Origin: Thermodesulfobacteriota bacterium
GTDB lineage: Bacteria > Desulfobacterota > Desulfobacteria > Desulfobacterales > C00003060
Reading direction: 5' to 3'
DNA: 64,000 nt
Assembly (NCBI GenBank): GCA_034189385.1
Contig: JAXHVD010000013.1
Coordinates: 1 to 64,000 of the forward strand
Part shown: positions 29,081 to 38,906 of the stretch, in pieces
Position numbering within the stretch: position 1 is the stretch's first letter
How the letters are laid out: every line of letters starts with the position of its first letter
The notes under the pieces: generated by a model
The model's input: only the letters and a program-made list of their open reading frames with translations
Told to the model about the DNA's origin: nothing
Database searches by the model: none
Translations under genes and position numbers: made by a program

Positions 29081-30042
29081 GGTCCTTGTGAACTAATGGC
29101 ACTGTGTTTCTTGAGCCAGTTCAGCAGCCCGATAAGGCTAGCCGAAGCCAGGGCAAGACAGCTGTCAGCCCCGCCGTAATAGAGCCTGACCTCGTCGTCC
29201 GCCGCGACCCAACCGCAAGGGAAAACGACTTTGTCCACATCCCCAAACAACTCATATGGCTCCCGGGGTGCGAATATCCACTCATTTGAACGGGCAATAA
29301 TCCGACAGGGGTCTTCCATGTCAAGCAATGCCAGGCCCAGTCGATAGATGGCCCCACTGGCCGTGGTTCGGACTCCATGGTACATGATCAGCCATCCTTC
29401 TTCTGTCCTCAGCGGAGGGGGCGAGAGGCCGATCTTGTTGGCGTCCCACCATGCCCCTTCTCTGGCCGGAATCAATATGCGATGGCCGCCCCAGTGCTTA
29501 AGGTCGGGGGAAAAGGAGATCCAGATATGGGCACCAAGACCTTGAACGGCGGATACCGGCCGATGGATCATGGCCCAGCGGCCCTCGAATTGGACAGGGA
29601 ACAAGGCCGCATCCTTGTCCTCTGGTGGCATCACAGGACCAAGGCGTTTGAAGTATTCAAAATCACTGGTGGTGGCCAGGGAGACCATGGGACCGCCCCG
29701 TGAATAGGCTGTGTAGGTTATGACCCACTCCTGCAAGTCTTCCAGCCAAGTAATCCTCGGGTCTTCTATTCCCCAAATCTCTTCAGGGTGGGCTTCGGGA
29801 CTGGGTGCCATCGTTGGTCTACCATTGATGCGCCAGTCGCTGACCCCATCTTGGCTGCGAGCTACAGTCAAATGGGAAATGCCGGTTCTGCTTTCCACCC
29901 GCATCAGAAGTAATGTCTCCTCCCTGACCAAGGCCGCGCCGGCATTGAAGACCGTGTTAGCCGGATAGGGAATATCTCTTATCGTAATGATAGGATTGTT
30001 CGGATGACGTCGGAAAAGGTCCCTGAAGTGCGGGTTCTTCAT
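29071..30042 (-). CDS. GH130-like glycosidase/phosphorylase
   Basis: VFNAGA, GIEDPRI, DKDAALFP, HRP, KVVFPCG, YYGGAD. Confidence 0.85.
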   Translation of the reverse strand: MKNPHFRDLFRRHPNNPIITIRDIPYPANTVFNAGAALVREETLLLMRVESRTGISHLTVARSQDGVSDWRINGRPTMAPSPEAHPEEIWGIEDPRITWLEDLQEWVITYTAYSRGGPMVSLATTSDFEYFKRLGPVMPPEDKDAALFPVQFEGRWAMIHRPVSAVQGLGAHIWISFSPDLKHWGGHRILIPAREGAWWDANKIGLSPPPLRTEEGWLIMYHGVRTTASGAIYRLGLALLDMEDPCRIIARSNEWIFAPREPYELFGDVDKVVFPCGWVAADDEVRLYYGGADSCLALASASLIGLLNWLKKHSAISSQGPCV

Positions 30043-30052
30043 CTCTTTTCCT

Positions 30053-31297
30053 TCAGAATTCTGAATCCAAAACTACGCGTTGCCAAGACCGCTTAGATTC
30101 TCTGGCCAGTTCATAAGCCTGGAAATACTGCTTGGCCACTAGTTCCCAGGAGACCACCTCGTCCAGATAGCTTCTAAGATTCTCTCCAAGGGTAAGCCGC
30201 AGCCGTTCGTCGGTAGCCATGCGGATCACTTTCTGCCTGAGCATCTCTTTCGTGGTGAAGAGAAGACCCCCTTGGCTTTCGAGGGTCTGAGCTGTCAGGC
30301 CTTCCATGGGAGCAGTTGTAATATACGGTTTGTTCAAGGCGATGATCCGGGCCAATGTTCCTGACTGGGTCTCGTCTATGGATGGCAGGACGATGAAGTC
30401 GCATATAGACATAATCTTGTAATAAGTATCGCCGCGGGGGATGAATTCATAGTAATGAGCAATGCCCTTTTTCTGGAGTTCCAAGGCATGGGACTTCCAG
30501 TTTTCATATTGGGCGCGGTGGTTGGGATCCCGGATAGTGCCGGCCGCGAGCAAATCCCACTCCTCGCCATTCAGGCCTCTAATCTCTTCGTGGATCTCTT
30601 CCCACATGTGGAGCAAGATGTCCCAGCGCTTGTTGGACTGAATCCAGCCGATCATGCCGACCACATGATCCGCAAGTGCTGCTTTGTCTAATCCCAGTTC
30701 TCTTCTCAGGGCTGGTATTTCATGGACACCCCAACGTTTGTCTGGCCGGGCGCCATGGGGAACCACCATGACATTGCGAGGAGTCTCGCCCTCTTCTTCG
30801 GGAAAATGCCAGTCCAACCGCCATTTCTGGTAATGACATTTCAGCAGGACAAGGTCGCTTTTCTGACATAGCCGGAAAACAAAGTCCTGCTCAGTCTCTC
30901 TGAGCCTGCCGTGAATAGTGTGGGGTTCCACCACAATGGGATAATTGCCAATGGCGTCAAGAAGCGTGAGAAAACCCTCATTGTTGTCCCCCACACCGTC
31001 TTCGTCCACGTATTCGTAGAGGCCGTACTCATGCTCCAAATGAACCGCATAAGGATTGAGTTCGTCGATCTTTTGGGCCACAGGCTTCCACCAGTCACTG
31101 CGGCTCATGTCAATCAAGGGAAAAACGTCCTCCCCCCGACCGTCTGTGTGGCTGATAACCATGACTTTTCTGTCTGGATTAGCCTTTTGGATGAACTCTC
31201 TCGCCTCCTCTGTGAAGGTGGCGATTCCACAAAGCCTTGGTGGGTAAGAACTCACCATAACGAGAGGACTGTTGTTCCCTCTGCGCATTGGTGCCAT
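30053..31297 (-). CDS. GT4-like glycosyltransferase (divergent)
   Basis: YPPRLCGIATF, HEYGLY, VPHG, QSGTLA; paralogous to the N-terminus of the next gene. Confidence 0.75.
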   Translation of the reverse strand: MAPMRRGNNSPLVMVSSYPPRLCGIATFTEEAREFIQKANPDRKVMVISHTDGRGEDVFPLIDMSRSDWWKPVAQKIDELNPYAVHLEHEYGLYEYVDEDGVGDNNEGFLTLLDAIGNYPIVVEPHTIHGRLRETEQDFVFRLCQKSDLVLLKCHYQKWRLDWHFPEEEGETPRNVMVVPHGARPDKRWGVHEIPALRRELGLDKAALADHVVGMIGWIQSNKRWDILLHMWEEIHEEIRGLNGEEWDLLAAGTIRDPNHRAQYENWKSHALELQKKGIAHYYEFIPRGDTYYKIMSICDFIVLPSIDETQSGTLARIIALNKPYITTAPMEGLTAQTLESQGGLLFTTKEMLRQKVIRMATDERLRLTLGENLRSYLDEVVSWELVAKQYFQAYELARESKRSWQRVVLDSEF

Positions 31298-31321
31298 ATT
31301 TAAGGGTCTCCTCTTTGTCTT

Positions 31322-33604
31322 CTAAGCCTTCATCACAACCGTTGCCTCAGCAAGGGAATGCAAGTGCAATAGGGAAAGCAGCCATGCTAATGTAGATTCT
31401 GCACCTTGATTCAGATTGGGGCCGTCAGCCGTCAAGCCGTCGCAACACCCTGCACTCCTGTGGTCATACAAAGGAGCATTGAGGTCATTCCGGCCCAGGA
31501 ACCAGTCAAAGCAGCGTCGAGCCTCCTCAATCCATTTCTCATCTTTTGTGATCTTGTATGCCTCAATGCAGGCTTCAATCATGTTTTGAGCCTCGATGGG
31601 CTGCTGGTCAAACCTGGCCCGCTCTCCATTCTGGACAAACCACCCGTGATTTCCAATGGGAGTAAAATGCCCTCTGGAATCCGTCTGCATCTCAATGAGC
31701 CAATTTAGAGAGTGCAGCCCCGCCTCGATCATGTCGCTTCGGTGCAGCCAACGTCCTGAGAGAAGCATTGCTTGGGGAATCTTACCATTGGCATAGTTGA
31801 GGCTGTCTTCAATCCAGGGCCAACCATCAGAGGTATTCATCTGAAACAGCTCAAACAAATTCCTGGCCAAAGTCTCACGTCCTCGCCGGACCTCGCTGTC
31901 CCCTCCAAAGCGCCTGAGATACGCATGAATCCCAACCAAGCCGAACGCCCATGCCCTGGGTGATCGGAAATGGACCATGGCCGACAGGGCCCTCTCAAAG
32001 AGGTTCATGGCTGCTCCCTTAAAGCTCTGTGAATTTGACAGTGCCACCGCCATGCCCAATCCCCAGATTGCCCGCCCGTGGCAATCTTCGGTCCCTTGTT
32101 CTTCCAGCCAGCGCCGGTCGTAGCCCATGAAGTTCCGAAAACGTCCATTGGCCTCGTTGAAGGCATGGTACAAAAAGCCCAAGTATCTGCAGGCCAGGTC
32201 CGTTAGCTCACTCTCATTAGGGAGCAGATCCCGAGCCATCATGACGACGATAAGTGCTCGGGCGTTGTCGTCGGTGCAGTAGCCGTGGAAGCGATCCGGC
32301 ACCATGAACTTCGCATGCTGCAATATCCCAACATCATCTGTTAACAACTTCAGGTGATCCAGTTTCACCTGGGGCAAGTCGACCGGAATAGCATCCAGCG
32401 TCTTGGTATAGAATGCAACCCTAGGCCCTTTTTGTCTGTCGTCCCCGACTTCCACAAATATTTCTATGTAGCGGCGAGCCACTTCTTTCCAGATCATGCT
32501 CCGGCAAAAGCTATAGGCCCGCTTACGCATGGCATGACATTCAAATTCGTTGTCTAAAAGATCCACTACTTGGGCAGACAAGGCATCCGCATCTTGGAAC
32601 GGAACAATGCGTCCTCTCCCGTCATCAAGCATTTCTTCGGCGTACCAGTATGGTGTGGATATGGTCGCCTTGCCCGCACCCAGGGCGTAGGCGAGGGTGC
32701 CAGAGACGATCTGTTCTCTGTTCACATAGGGCGTCACATATATGTCTGCGGCTCCCAGAAATTCACACAGTTCTTTGAGGTTCACAAATCTGTTATGGAA
32801 GATGACGTGGCTGTCCACGCCCCGCTCCCGTGCCCGAAGCTGCAAGGAAAGGCGGTAGGCCTCTCCCGCTTCTCTTTTGACATTGGGATGTGTTGCTCCC
32901 AAAACGATATAAGCCACTTCCGCATGTCTATTTACGATGGCCGGCAAGGCGTCTATCATGTGTTCAATCCCCTTGCCAGAAGAAATGAGACCGAAAGTGA
33001 GGAGCACCTTTCGTCCGGCAACTCCGAATTGGTCCTTGTAGTAATTGGGATCAACGAATGGAACATCCGGGATGCCGTGATGGATTAACGCAATCCTTTC
33101 TTCTGCCACGCCGTAAACTTCTTTCAGCATCTCCTTCGCTTTATAGCTCATGACCACCAAGCGGTCAGAGAGGTCTCCCAACTCTTCTACGATGGTCTTT
33201 TGTCCCAGATCAGGTGACGCCACCACAGTGTGCATTGTGGTTACGACGGGCATGCGCAGGTTGCGGAGGAGTTCCAAAATGTGGCTGCCGTGCTTGCCGC
33301 CAAAGATGCCGAACTCGTGTTGAAGGCACACGATGTCCACTTGGTTCATATTCAGAAAGTCAGCTGCTAGTCGGTAATCGTCAAGATTCTTATAGTCAAC
33401 TTCAAAGCGTACCCGGGGGGGATAACGGTACCCCTCAGGCACATCGTTCATGACCACCGCCCAGCACTCCATATCGGGGCCCTCGATCGAAAGGGCTTCT
33501 AAGAGATCGGCTGTAAACGTGGCAATGCCACATTGCCTTGGGACGTAATTGCCAATCAGGGCGACTGTGGTTGGGGTGTCAGGGTGCAGTCCAGTCGGGT
33601 TCAT
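31322..33604 (-). CDS. GT4 glycosyltransferase fused to six-hairpin glycosidase-like domain
   Basis: PRQCGIATF, QHEFGIFGG, SGTLAYA; C-terminal GYCTDDNARAL, FDQQPIE, WFLGRN, NQGAEST. Confidence 0.85.
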   Translation of the reverse strand: MNPTGLHPDTPTTVALIGNYVPRQCGIATFTADLLEALSIEGPDMECWAVVMNDVPEGYRYPPRVRFEVDYKNLDDYRLAADFLNMNQVDIVCLQHEFGIFGGKHGSHILELLRNLRMPVVTTMHTVVASPDLGQKTIVEELGDLSDRLVVMSYKAKEMLKEVYGVAEERIALIHHGIPDVPFVDPNYYKDQFGVAGRKVLLTFGLISSGKGIEHMIDALPAIVNRHAEVAYIVLGATHPNVKREAGEAYRLSLQLRARERGVDSHVIFHNRFVNLKELCEFLGAADIYVTPYVNREQIVSGTLAYALGAGKATISTPYWYAEEMLDDGRGRIVPFQDADALSAQVVDLLDNEFECHAMRKRAYSFCRSMIWKEVARRYIEIFVEVGDDRQKGPRVAFYTKTLDAIPVDLPQVKLDHLKLLTDDVGILQHAKFMVPDRFHGYCTDDNARALIVVMMARDLLPNESELTDLACRYLGFLYHAFNEANGRFRNFMGYDRRWLEEQGTEDCHGRAIWGLGMAVALSNSQSFKGAAMNLFERALSAMVHFRSPRAWAFGLVGIHAYLRRFGGDSEVRRGRETLARNLFELFQMNTSDGWPWIEDSLNYANGKIPQAMLLSGRWLHRSDMIEAGLHSLNWLIEMQTDSRGHFTPIGNHGWFVQNGERARFDQQPIEAQNMIEACIEAYKITKDEKWIEEARRCFDWFLGRNDLNAPLYDHRSAGCCDGLTADGPNLNQGAESTLAWLLSLLHLHSLAEATVVMKA

Positions 33605-33722
33605 GAAACGTTACCTTGTTGAGGTGTTGCAGGGAGCTCTGATGCAGGGACATGCGTGAGCCGCCCCTTGATTCGAGTCTTCAGTTCTATCCTTGGAGCC
33701 CATTGCCTTGTTTCTGTTTCTT

Positions 33723-34907
33723 CTATGTATACCTCATGTGCGACCGAATTTCATCAAAAAAGGGCGTGTCGTTGTGTTCAACACAATGGGCGGCATAGAT
33801 ATACATTGCCGCGGACCACGTTTGCCAATCTTGTCCGCAAGGCTCCCTGTCCTGTGCCCGAAGGTATTCGTTAAAACCGAAATCCACCGTGGCTTCCCGG
33901 GCCGGTCGGACGAGCCTTGTCAGGACCTCCAGCTTCCTTCTGGCCAATCGCCTTTTGCCCGCAGCCACGACCGCCGCAACATAAAGTCCACATATAAAAG
34001 GCCATAATCCGCCATTGTGGTACTCCCCCGGACGGTTGAACTTGGCGTACCTGGGCCGCCAGTCCGGGTCTTGTTCTTCAATAAACGGGAGAAGACTGGG
34101 CGGAAGATCCAAGGCAAGCTTCCCTTTGGCTCGCATGGCGGCGCATTCGGCTTCAATCCATGAGATAATCTTCTGTGCTCGTGAGGGTGGGGCAATTCCT
34201 GAAAGGATGGCCAGGCTGTTACCCAACAAATCAAATCGCTCACTGCTGTAAAGCTTATAGGACCATAGGGCATAGTAAGGCTTATGACGAACGGCCAGTC
34301 CTTCATGAACGTGCCGGTGTTTGGTGTCTGCCGTGATGGTGAAGCGCCCCATCAGCCGGCGAAGCAGATCGGCCTTTTGGTATCTCCCGTAAAGGCATAA
34401 GTAGCAATAGACTACTGTATTAACGAACAGGCCGAAGCCTGGCACCCATTGCTCGTCCCGCCAGTCGCTGGTGGGCAGCTGGGCCACCATGACACGGTCG
34501 GAGGGACTCTGGTAATCCATCCAGGTTAGTGCCTTTTCGGCGGCAACTTCCAAAAAATCTCGTTCGCCGGTGACCTTTCGAAAGACGGCCAGTGTCAGCA
34601 GGAAAAGGGGCGTGGTGTCGCTCGCACCACGATCTTCAGGATCGTGAACAAGGGATGGGATGTGGCCGTGCCGGCTCTGGTTTCTCGCCAGAGTTACCAA
34701 CACCCGACGGAGGGAACCCGTTAGCCGCTTGTCACCAGACACGAGCATCCCCAAACCTGCAATCATAAGGTCGCGGGTATATGGCTCAGGATAGCCCCAG
34801 CCGGCGGTCCTGGGCAGACCGCCATATGGTCCTCGCAGGTTATGAAGCAGCACATCTGTTGCCGCCTTTTTCGCCTCTTCAACCTTGTCTGGTAGCGGGT
34901 TGGACAT
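33723..34907 (-). CDS. Six-hairpin glycoside hydrolase (GH100 invertase / amylo-alpha-1,6-glucosidase-like)
   Basis: YTRD, DTTPLF, DWRDE, YHNGGLWP, FNEY, QTWSAA. Confidence 0.78.
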   Translation of the reverse strand: MSNPLPDKVEEAKKAATDVLLHNLRGPYGGLPRTAGWGYPEPYTRDLMIAGLGMLVSGDKRLTGSLRRVLVTLARNQSRHGHIPSLVHDPEDRGASDTTPLFLLTLAVFRKVTGERDFLEVAAEKALTWMDYQSPSDRVMVAQLPTSDWRDEQWVPGFGLFVNTVVYCYLCLYGRYQKADLLRRLMGRFTITADTKHRHVHEGLAVRHKPYYALWSYKLYSSERFDLLGNSLAILSGIAPPSRAQKIISWIEAECAAMRAKGKLALDLPPSLLPFIEEQDPDWRPRYAKFNRPGEYHNGGLWPFICGLYVAAVVAAGKRRLARRKLEVLTRLVRPAREATVDFGFNEYLRAQDREPCGQDWQTWSAAMYIYAAHCVEHNDTPFFDEIRSHMRYT

Positions 34908-34909
34908 TT

Positions 34910-36052
34910 TCAGGCACCCCCCAGTTTCTCAGACACTAATTGCACGAGCCGCTTGGCCACGACACGATAGTCGAAGTGCTCAACTACGCGAGCGCGCGCA
35001 GCGGCACCCATTTTCTGGCGGAGTTGTTCGTCTGTCATCAACTCCATGAGGTATTGCGCTATGTCATGGACGCTAGCGCGGTAGTCGGCAGTGCGCGGCC
35101 TCTTGAAGACAACGCGATGGCCAGGCTTATAGCCTTCATCTTCACCGAGGGTGGTCTCTCGAAGACGGACTTCCTGGGCTACCCGGGCGAGAAAACCAGT
35201 CTGGCCGTGGACGAACGTGTCAAGCATGCCCATGGCCTTGATCCCAATGACCGGTTTTCCACAAGCACCGGCTTCTACCTGAAGCATACCGAAACCTTCC
35301 AGACGAGACGGTGCAGCGTAAATGTCGCTGGCGGCAAGCAAGTAGGGCATGAAGCTGCGTGAAACCCGACTTGTTGTATAGATCACATTCTTTTCAATCC
35401 CCAAATGGGTGGCCAGCTGCAAGTCCTGCAGGTTTTGTTGTTCCGTCCTCGGCTGAGGCCAGACCTTACAGACGTATTTCCAGTCTGGTGCCTTGGCGTC
35501 GATGAGAGCCAAAGCCTGCATGACTTCCTGGGCACCCTTCGAGGCAGCATCTCCTCCCACGGTGAGTATCATTATTTGATCCGGCGCCACGCCAAGGGCT
35601 TCCCGGACTGCAACCACTTTCGGGTCGGTTCTGTCTCTGGGTCTGAAGGAATCTGTGTCGCAACCCACGGGCAAGACCTCAATGTTTGAGGCCCTCAGTC
35701 CGTCCCGTGCATATACCTTCTTCACCCACTCAGAGGTGGCCAAAATCAAAGGGAGTCCGTTTAGGACCTCCTGGTAGGCGGCCACGTATCCGTCAGCCAC
35801 GAACCACGGCACGGCCTCAGCGCCGTAGCGCTTGGGATGAAGTACCAGGTGTGGCGTGTGCCCCCAATATCCGATTCCAACCACAACGTCAGGCTCGAAC
35901 CAGCGATAGCACCATTCCTTTTCCTGGGGAGACTCAAAGGGTGCTGGGATGGCCTCCACTCCGACCTCTTTCAACCCCCTGTAAAGCAAGTCACCCTGTG
36001 TGGACAAACCGCCAGGGGATGGAGGATAATCATAAAGAACAAGAATCCTCAT
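34910..36052 (-). CDS. Glycosyltransferase family 4
   Basis: PPSPGG, KG, PSRLEGFGMLQVEAGACGKPV. Confidence 0.88.
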   Translation of the reverse strand: MRILVLYDYPPSPGGLSTQGDLLYRGLKEVGVEAIPAPFESPQEKEWCYRWFEPDVVVGIGYWGHTPHLVLHPKRYGAEAVPWFVADGYVAAYQEVLNGLPLILATSEWVKKVYARDGLRASNIEVLPVGCDTDSFRPRDRTDPKVVAVREALGVAPDQIMILTVGGDAASKGAQEVMQALALIDAKAPDWKYVCKVWPQPRTEQQNLQDLQLATHLGIEKNVIYTTSRVSRSFMPYLLAASDIYAAPSRLEGFGMLQVEAGACGKPVIGIKAMGMLDTFVHGQTGFLARVAQEVRLRETTLGEDEGYKPGHRVVFKRPRTADYRASVHDIAQYLMELMTDEQLRQKMGAAARARVVEHFDYRVVAKRLVQLVSEKLGGA

Positions 36053-36713
36053 TGCTGACCCCTTTTTTCATCGACCAATCACGTAATGCGCTTTGCGAGA
36101 TGAAGCGCCAGAAGGCTTCTTTGTGAGGAGCGGCTTTTGCTTCAAAACTGTCTGACGCAAACCCATAGACTTGGGTAATAATGCGATATTTTTGCCGCCA
36201 GACTTTGTCTGGGATCTCGAGGCTTCGGTGTGCAGTCTCGACGGGACGAGGCAAGTATTGTTTTCCGCCATCTTCGTAAGCGAACATCCACACCTCAGTT
36301 GCAGAAACACTCCCTTTGTTCCACAGTGCTGCAACTGCCCGACTTGTCTCTTCATGGCGACGATGCCGCGTATATTCTCCCCATGGGCCATGGGTGACAA
36401 TGAGATGATAATGTGTTGCAGGCAGGAGCGACATGACCATCTGCTGGACCTCCATTGCAGGGAGAGGCCTTTGTTCCGGCCCATCATCAAGGTCGCCGAT
36501 TCTGCCTGAAGCGCCCAGCCGTTGTACTGCCCGAAAGAACCTTGGCGCCCGATCTGAATCGCTTGCCCGACACAACGCTATTATTGTCCATTGTAGCTCC
36601 GGGTAGCTCAGAATAGTCCCCCCTCCCCAGATCGTTTCATCGTCAGGATGAGCAACAATCACGGCAGCTCTTTTGGAGTGGACCAGTTGAGGAGATGTCT
36701 GGTAGGCGGTCAT
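36030..36713 (-). CDS. PIG-L/LmbE family N-acetylglucosaminyl deacetylase
   Basis: VAHPDDE metal motif; THGPWGEYTRHRRH. Confidence 0.85.
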   Translation of the reverse strand: MTAYQTSPQLVHSKRAAVIVAHPDDETIWGGGTILSYPELQWTIIALCRASDSDRAPRFFRAVQRLGASGRIGDLDDGPEQRPLPAMEVQQMVMSLLPATHYHLIVTHGPWGEYTRHRRHEETSRAVAALWNKGSVSATEVWMFAYEDGGKQYLPRPVETAHRSLEIPDKVWRQKYRIITQVYGFASDSFEAKAAPHKEAFWRFISQSALRDWSMKKGVSNEDSCSL

Positions 36714-37531
36714 GTTTGGTGCTGCTCATAAGGCAAGTTGCCGGTTACCGCAGTTTCCGTCCCAGTTACATGTTCGTAATACTCTGTGTGCGTCAGTTTC
36801 TGAGCTGCTTCCTGGTCACACAAAACGGTGACGCTCGGATGCATCTGAAGGGCGGAGGCTGGGCACATGGCAGTCACAGGCCCCTCGATCATCGCCGTCA
36901 CTGCCTGTGCCTTTTCAGGGCCAGTTGCCAAGAGAAGAAGCTTCCTCGCTTCCAGTATGGTCCCCACCCCCATGGTGAGGGCGCGCCGTGGCACATCCTC
37001 CTTGTTTGGGAAGAACCGCTCGTTATCCCGTATCGTACGTTGAGTAAGTATCACCATCCTCGTGCGAGAAGCCAGTGATGAGGTGGGTTCGTTGAAAGCA
37101 ATATGCCCGTTCCTTCCGATGCCAAGTATCTGTAGATCGATTCCGCCCACTTCTCTAATCTGTTGTTCGCAGTCTTCACAGCGTCTCTCAATGTCTTCCG
37201 GGACGCCGCTCAAGAAATGGACATTGTCTTTGTTCAAGTTCACGTGGTCAAATAGATTCGTCCGCATGAAGCAATGATAACTCTGAGGGTGATCGGGCTT
37301 GAGTCCAACGTATTCATCCAGATTAAATGTGTAGACGCTTGAAAAGTCCAGTTCCCCTCCCGCGAAGCCAGCAACCATTTTGCGAAAGAGCTTCAAAGGC
37401 GTGCTGCCGCTGGCAAGGCCCAAGACGAGCCTTTTCCTTTTCTTCATTATGTGACGGAGGAAATCATATGCATGCTCTGCAACTTTTTCCTGATCAGAAT
37501 GGATTAGCACCTGCATAACCCTTGTCCTCAT
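36710..37531 (-). CDS. nagB: Glucosamine-6-phosphate deaminase
   Basis: LGLASGSTP, TFNLDEY, GIGRNGHIAFNEP, TMGVGTI, PASALQMH. Confidence 0.95.
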   Translation of the reverse strand: MRTRVMQVLIHSDQEKVAEHAYDFLRHIMKKRKRLVLGLASGSTPLKLFRKMVAGFAGGELDFSSVYTFNLDEYVGLKPDHPQSYHCFMRTNLFDHVNLNKDNVHFLSGVPEDIERRCEDCEQQIREVGGIDLQILGIGRNGHIAFNEPTSSLASRTRMVILTQRTIRDNERFFPNKEDVPRRALTMGVGTILEARKLLLLATGPEKAQAVTAMIEGPVTAMCPASALQMHPSVTVLCDQEAAQKLTHTEYYEHVTGTETAVTGNLPYEQHQT

Positions 37532-37609
37532 TGTTGGATTCGCTGGGCAGGAGATCTTATGTTTTTGCCTCTAGACTGTGACGAAAAGACTGAGAAGGTA
37601 TTGATGAAG

Positions 37610-38335
37610 TCATGTCGTCTGATCATTCTTCCCCTGTTCACAAAGCTCAGGATAGAGCTTTAAAGCACAGTCGGGACAAATGCTGTGAGAAAAAACTGCT
37701 TCAGAATGATCATGAATATAGGCCTCAACTTGGTGCCAAAACCCCTTGTCGTCCCGTATGTTCTTGCAAGAAGCACATATGGGCACTAAGCCGCGCAGTG
37801 TTTTGACCTTGGCAAGGGCGCTTTGAAGCTGGGCAATAAGGGTTTCTCGCTCCAGCTCCATATGTTTGCGCTGGGTAATGTCAACAAATGATGCTATCCT
37901 TCCCGTGACATGCCCTTTATCGTTGGTCACATTGGAACAAGAGACCTCTACGTAGAACTTCGTGCCGTCTTTGTGCAGAACGACAAACTCCTCAGTGGCA
38001 CCTTGTGTCAAATCGATGTAGGCCCGCACGTCTCTGAGACTCTTCACCTTTTTTGACGCGAACAAAACTGCCGCATCCGCTCCTATGATTTCTGCTTTGT
38101 CGTGATATTCGAACATTCTGAGAAAGGCTGGGTTGACATACCTAATCCGCCCGGAAAGATCTGTTATGATCATTCCGCCCACGGCTGAATCGATGGCATC
38201 ATAGAAAATGCTCAACGCCTCCTTCAGAGAATTAAGGTGGGCTTCGGAGGCTTGCAATTCGCCAATTCTGTGCCGCGGTCCCGTCAGCTCATCTATAAGA
38301 CGCTTTTGGGTCTTGTTTCGTTTCATGGTGTGCAT
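37610..38335 (-). CDS. PAS domain protein with C-terminal Cys-rich putative Zn-binding domain
   Basis: PAS/PAC (YVNPAF...DITQRK) then LVPICASCKNIRDD...HSICPDC; no kinase domain. Confidence 0.85.
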   Translation of the reverse strand: MHTMKRNKTQKRLIDELTGPRHRIGELQASEAHLNSLKEALSIFYDAIDSAVGGMIITDLSGRIRYVNPAFLRMFEYHDKAEIIGADAAVLFASKKVKSLRDVRAYIDLTQGATEEFVVLHKDGTKFYVEVSCSNVTNDKGHVTGRIASFVDITQRKHMELERETLIAQLQSALAKVKTLRGLVPICASCKNIRDDKGFWHQVEAYIHDHSEAVFSHSICPDCALKLYPELCEQGKNDQTT

Positions 38336-38387
38336 GCCAAAGAGAGGACTTCACTGTCATCATCTTTTTACGGAAGCTTGTGGCGCG

Positions 38388-38828
38388 CTAGAATCGATTC
38401 GTGTCGTTTTTCAGCGGATGTGCATGGGCACACTGTCCAGGGATGGGATACATTTTTGCTTCTGTTTTGTCCGGGTGCTGTTCAAGACGCTTGTAACGTT
38501 TAATGGCAAATTCGGCCATCCGCTCAATAATGTGAGGCAAATCAGAGCCCTTCCAGGCCGAGGCAAACCCAGGCACGTCGTCCCAGAGTCGGGCGCTTAT
38601 GGTGAAGCCCTCTGCCTTGCTCAGATCCAAAAGGACATCTTCATGATCTATGGGTATTCGTGGCTGCAGGACCTTCTTAAGAAGGTTTCGAACACCGTAA
38701 AAGAAGAATTTCTTGACGTCCTCAGTAGATTCAGCATTGTTAATGGTTTTTCTCAGTATGGGACGAATTTCTTGTTCGTATTTGCTAAACGAAAGGTGTG
38801 TATTCATAGTTCCGGTACCCTCTTTCAC
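38388..38828 (-). CDS. Conserved-looking hypothetical protein
   Basis: SFSKYE...INNAESTEDVKKFF...SDLPHII; co-oriented in the cluster. Confidence 0.6.
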   Translation of the reverse strand: MKEGTGTMNTHLSFSKYEQEIRPILRKTINNAESTEDVKKFFFYGVRNLLKKVLQPRIPIDHEDVLLDLSKAEGFTISARLWDDVPGFASAWKGSDLPHIIERMAEFAIKRYKRLEQHPDKTEAKMYPIPGQCAHAHPLKNDTNRF

Positions 38829-38906
38829 GATTCAGTGCCCTTGGCATGTCTTTGCTGACTCTGGGTGTGACACTTTCTCCGATAGCTTCCGTTTCACTGT
38901 TGGGCC

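Noticed and set aside
38841..38856. TTGGCATGTCTTTGCT as a sigma54 promoter
   Set aside because: GG-to-GC spacing is 9 rather than 10 nt, and it points antisense to the surrounding genes.
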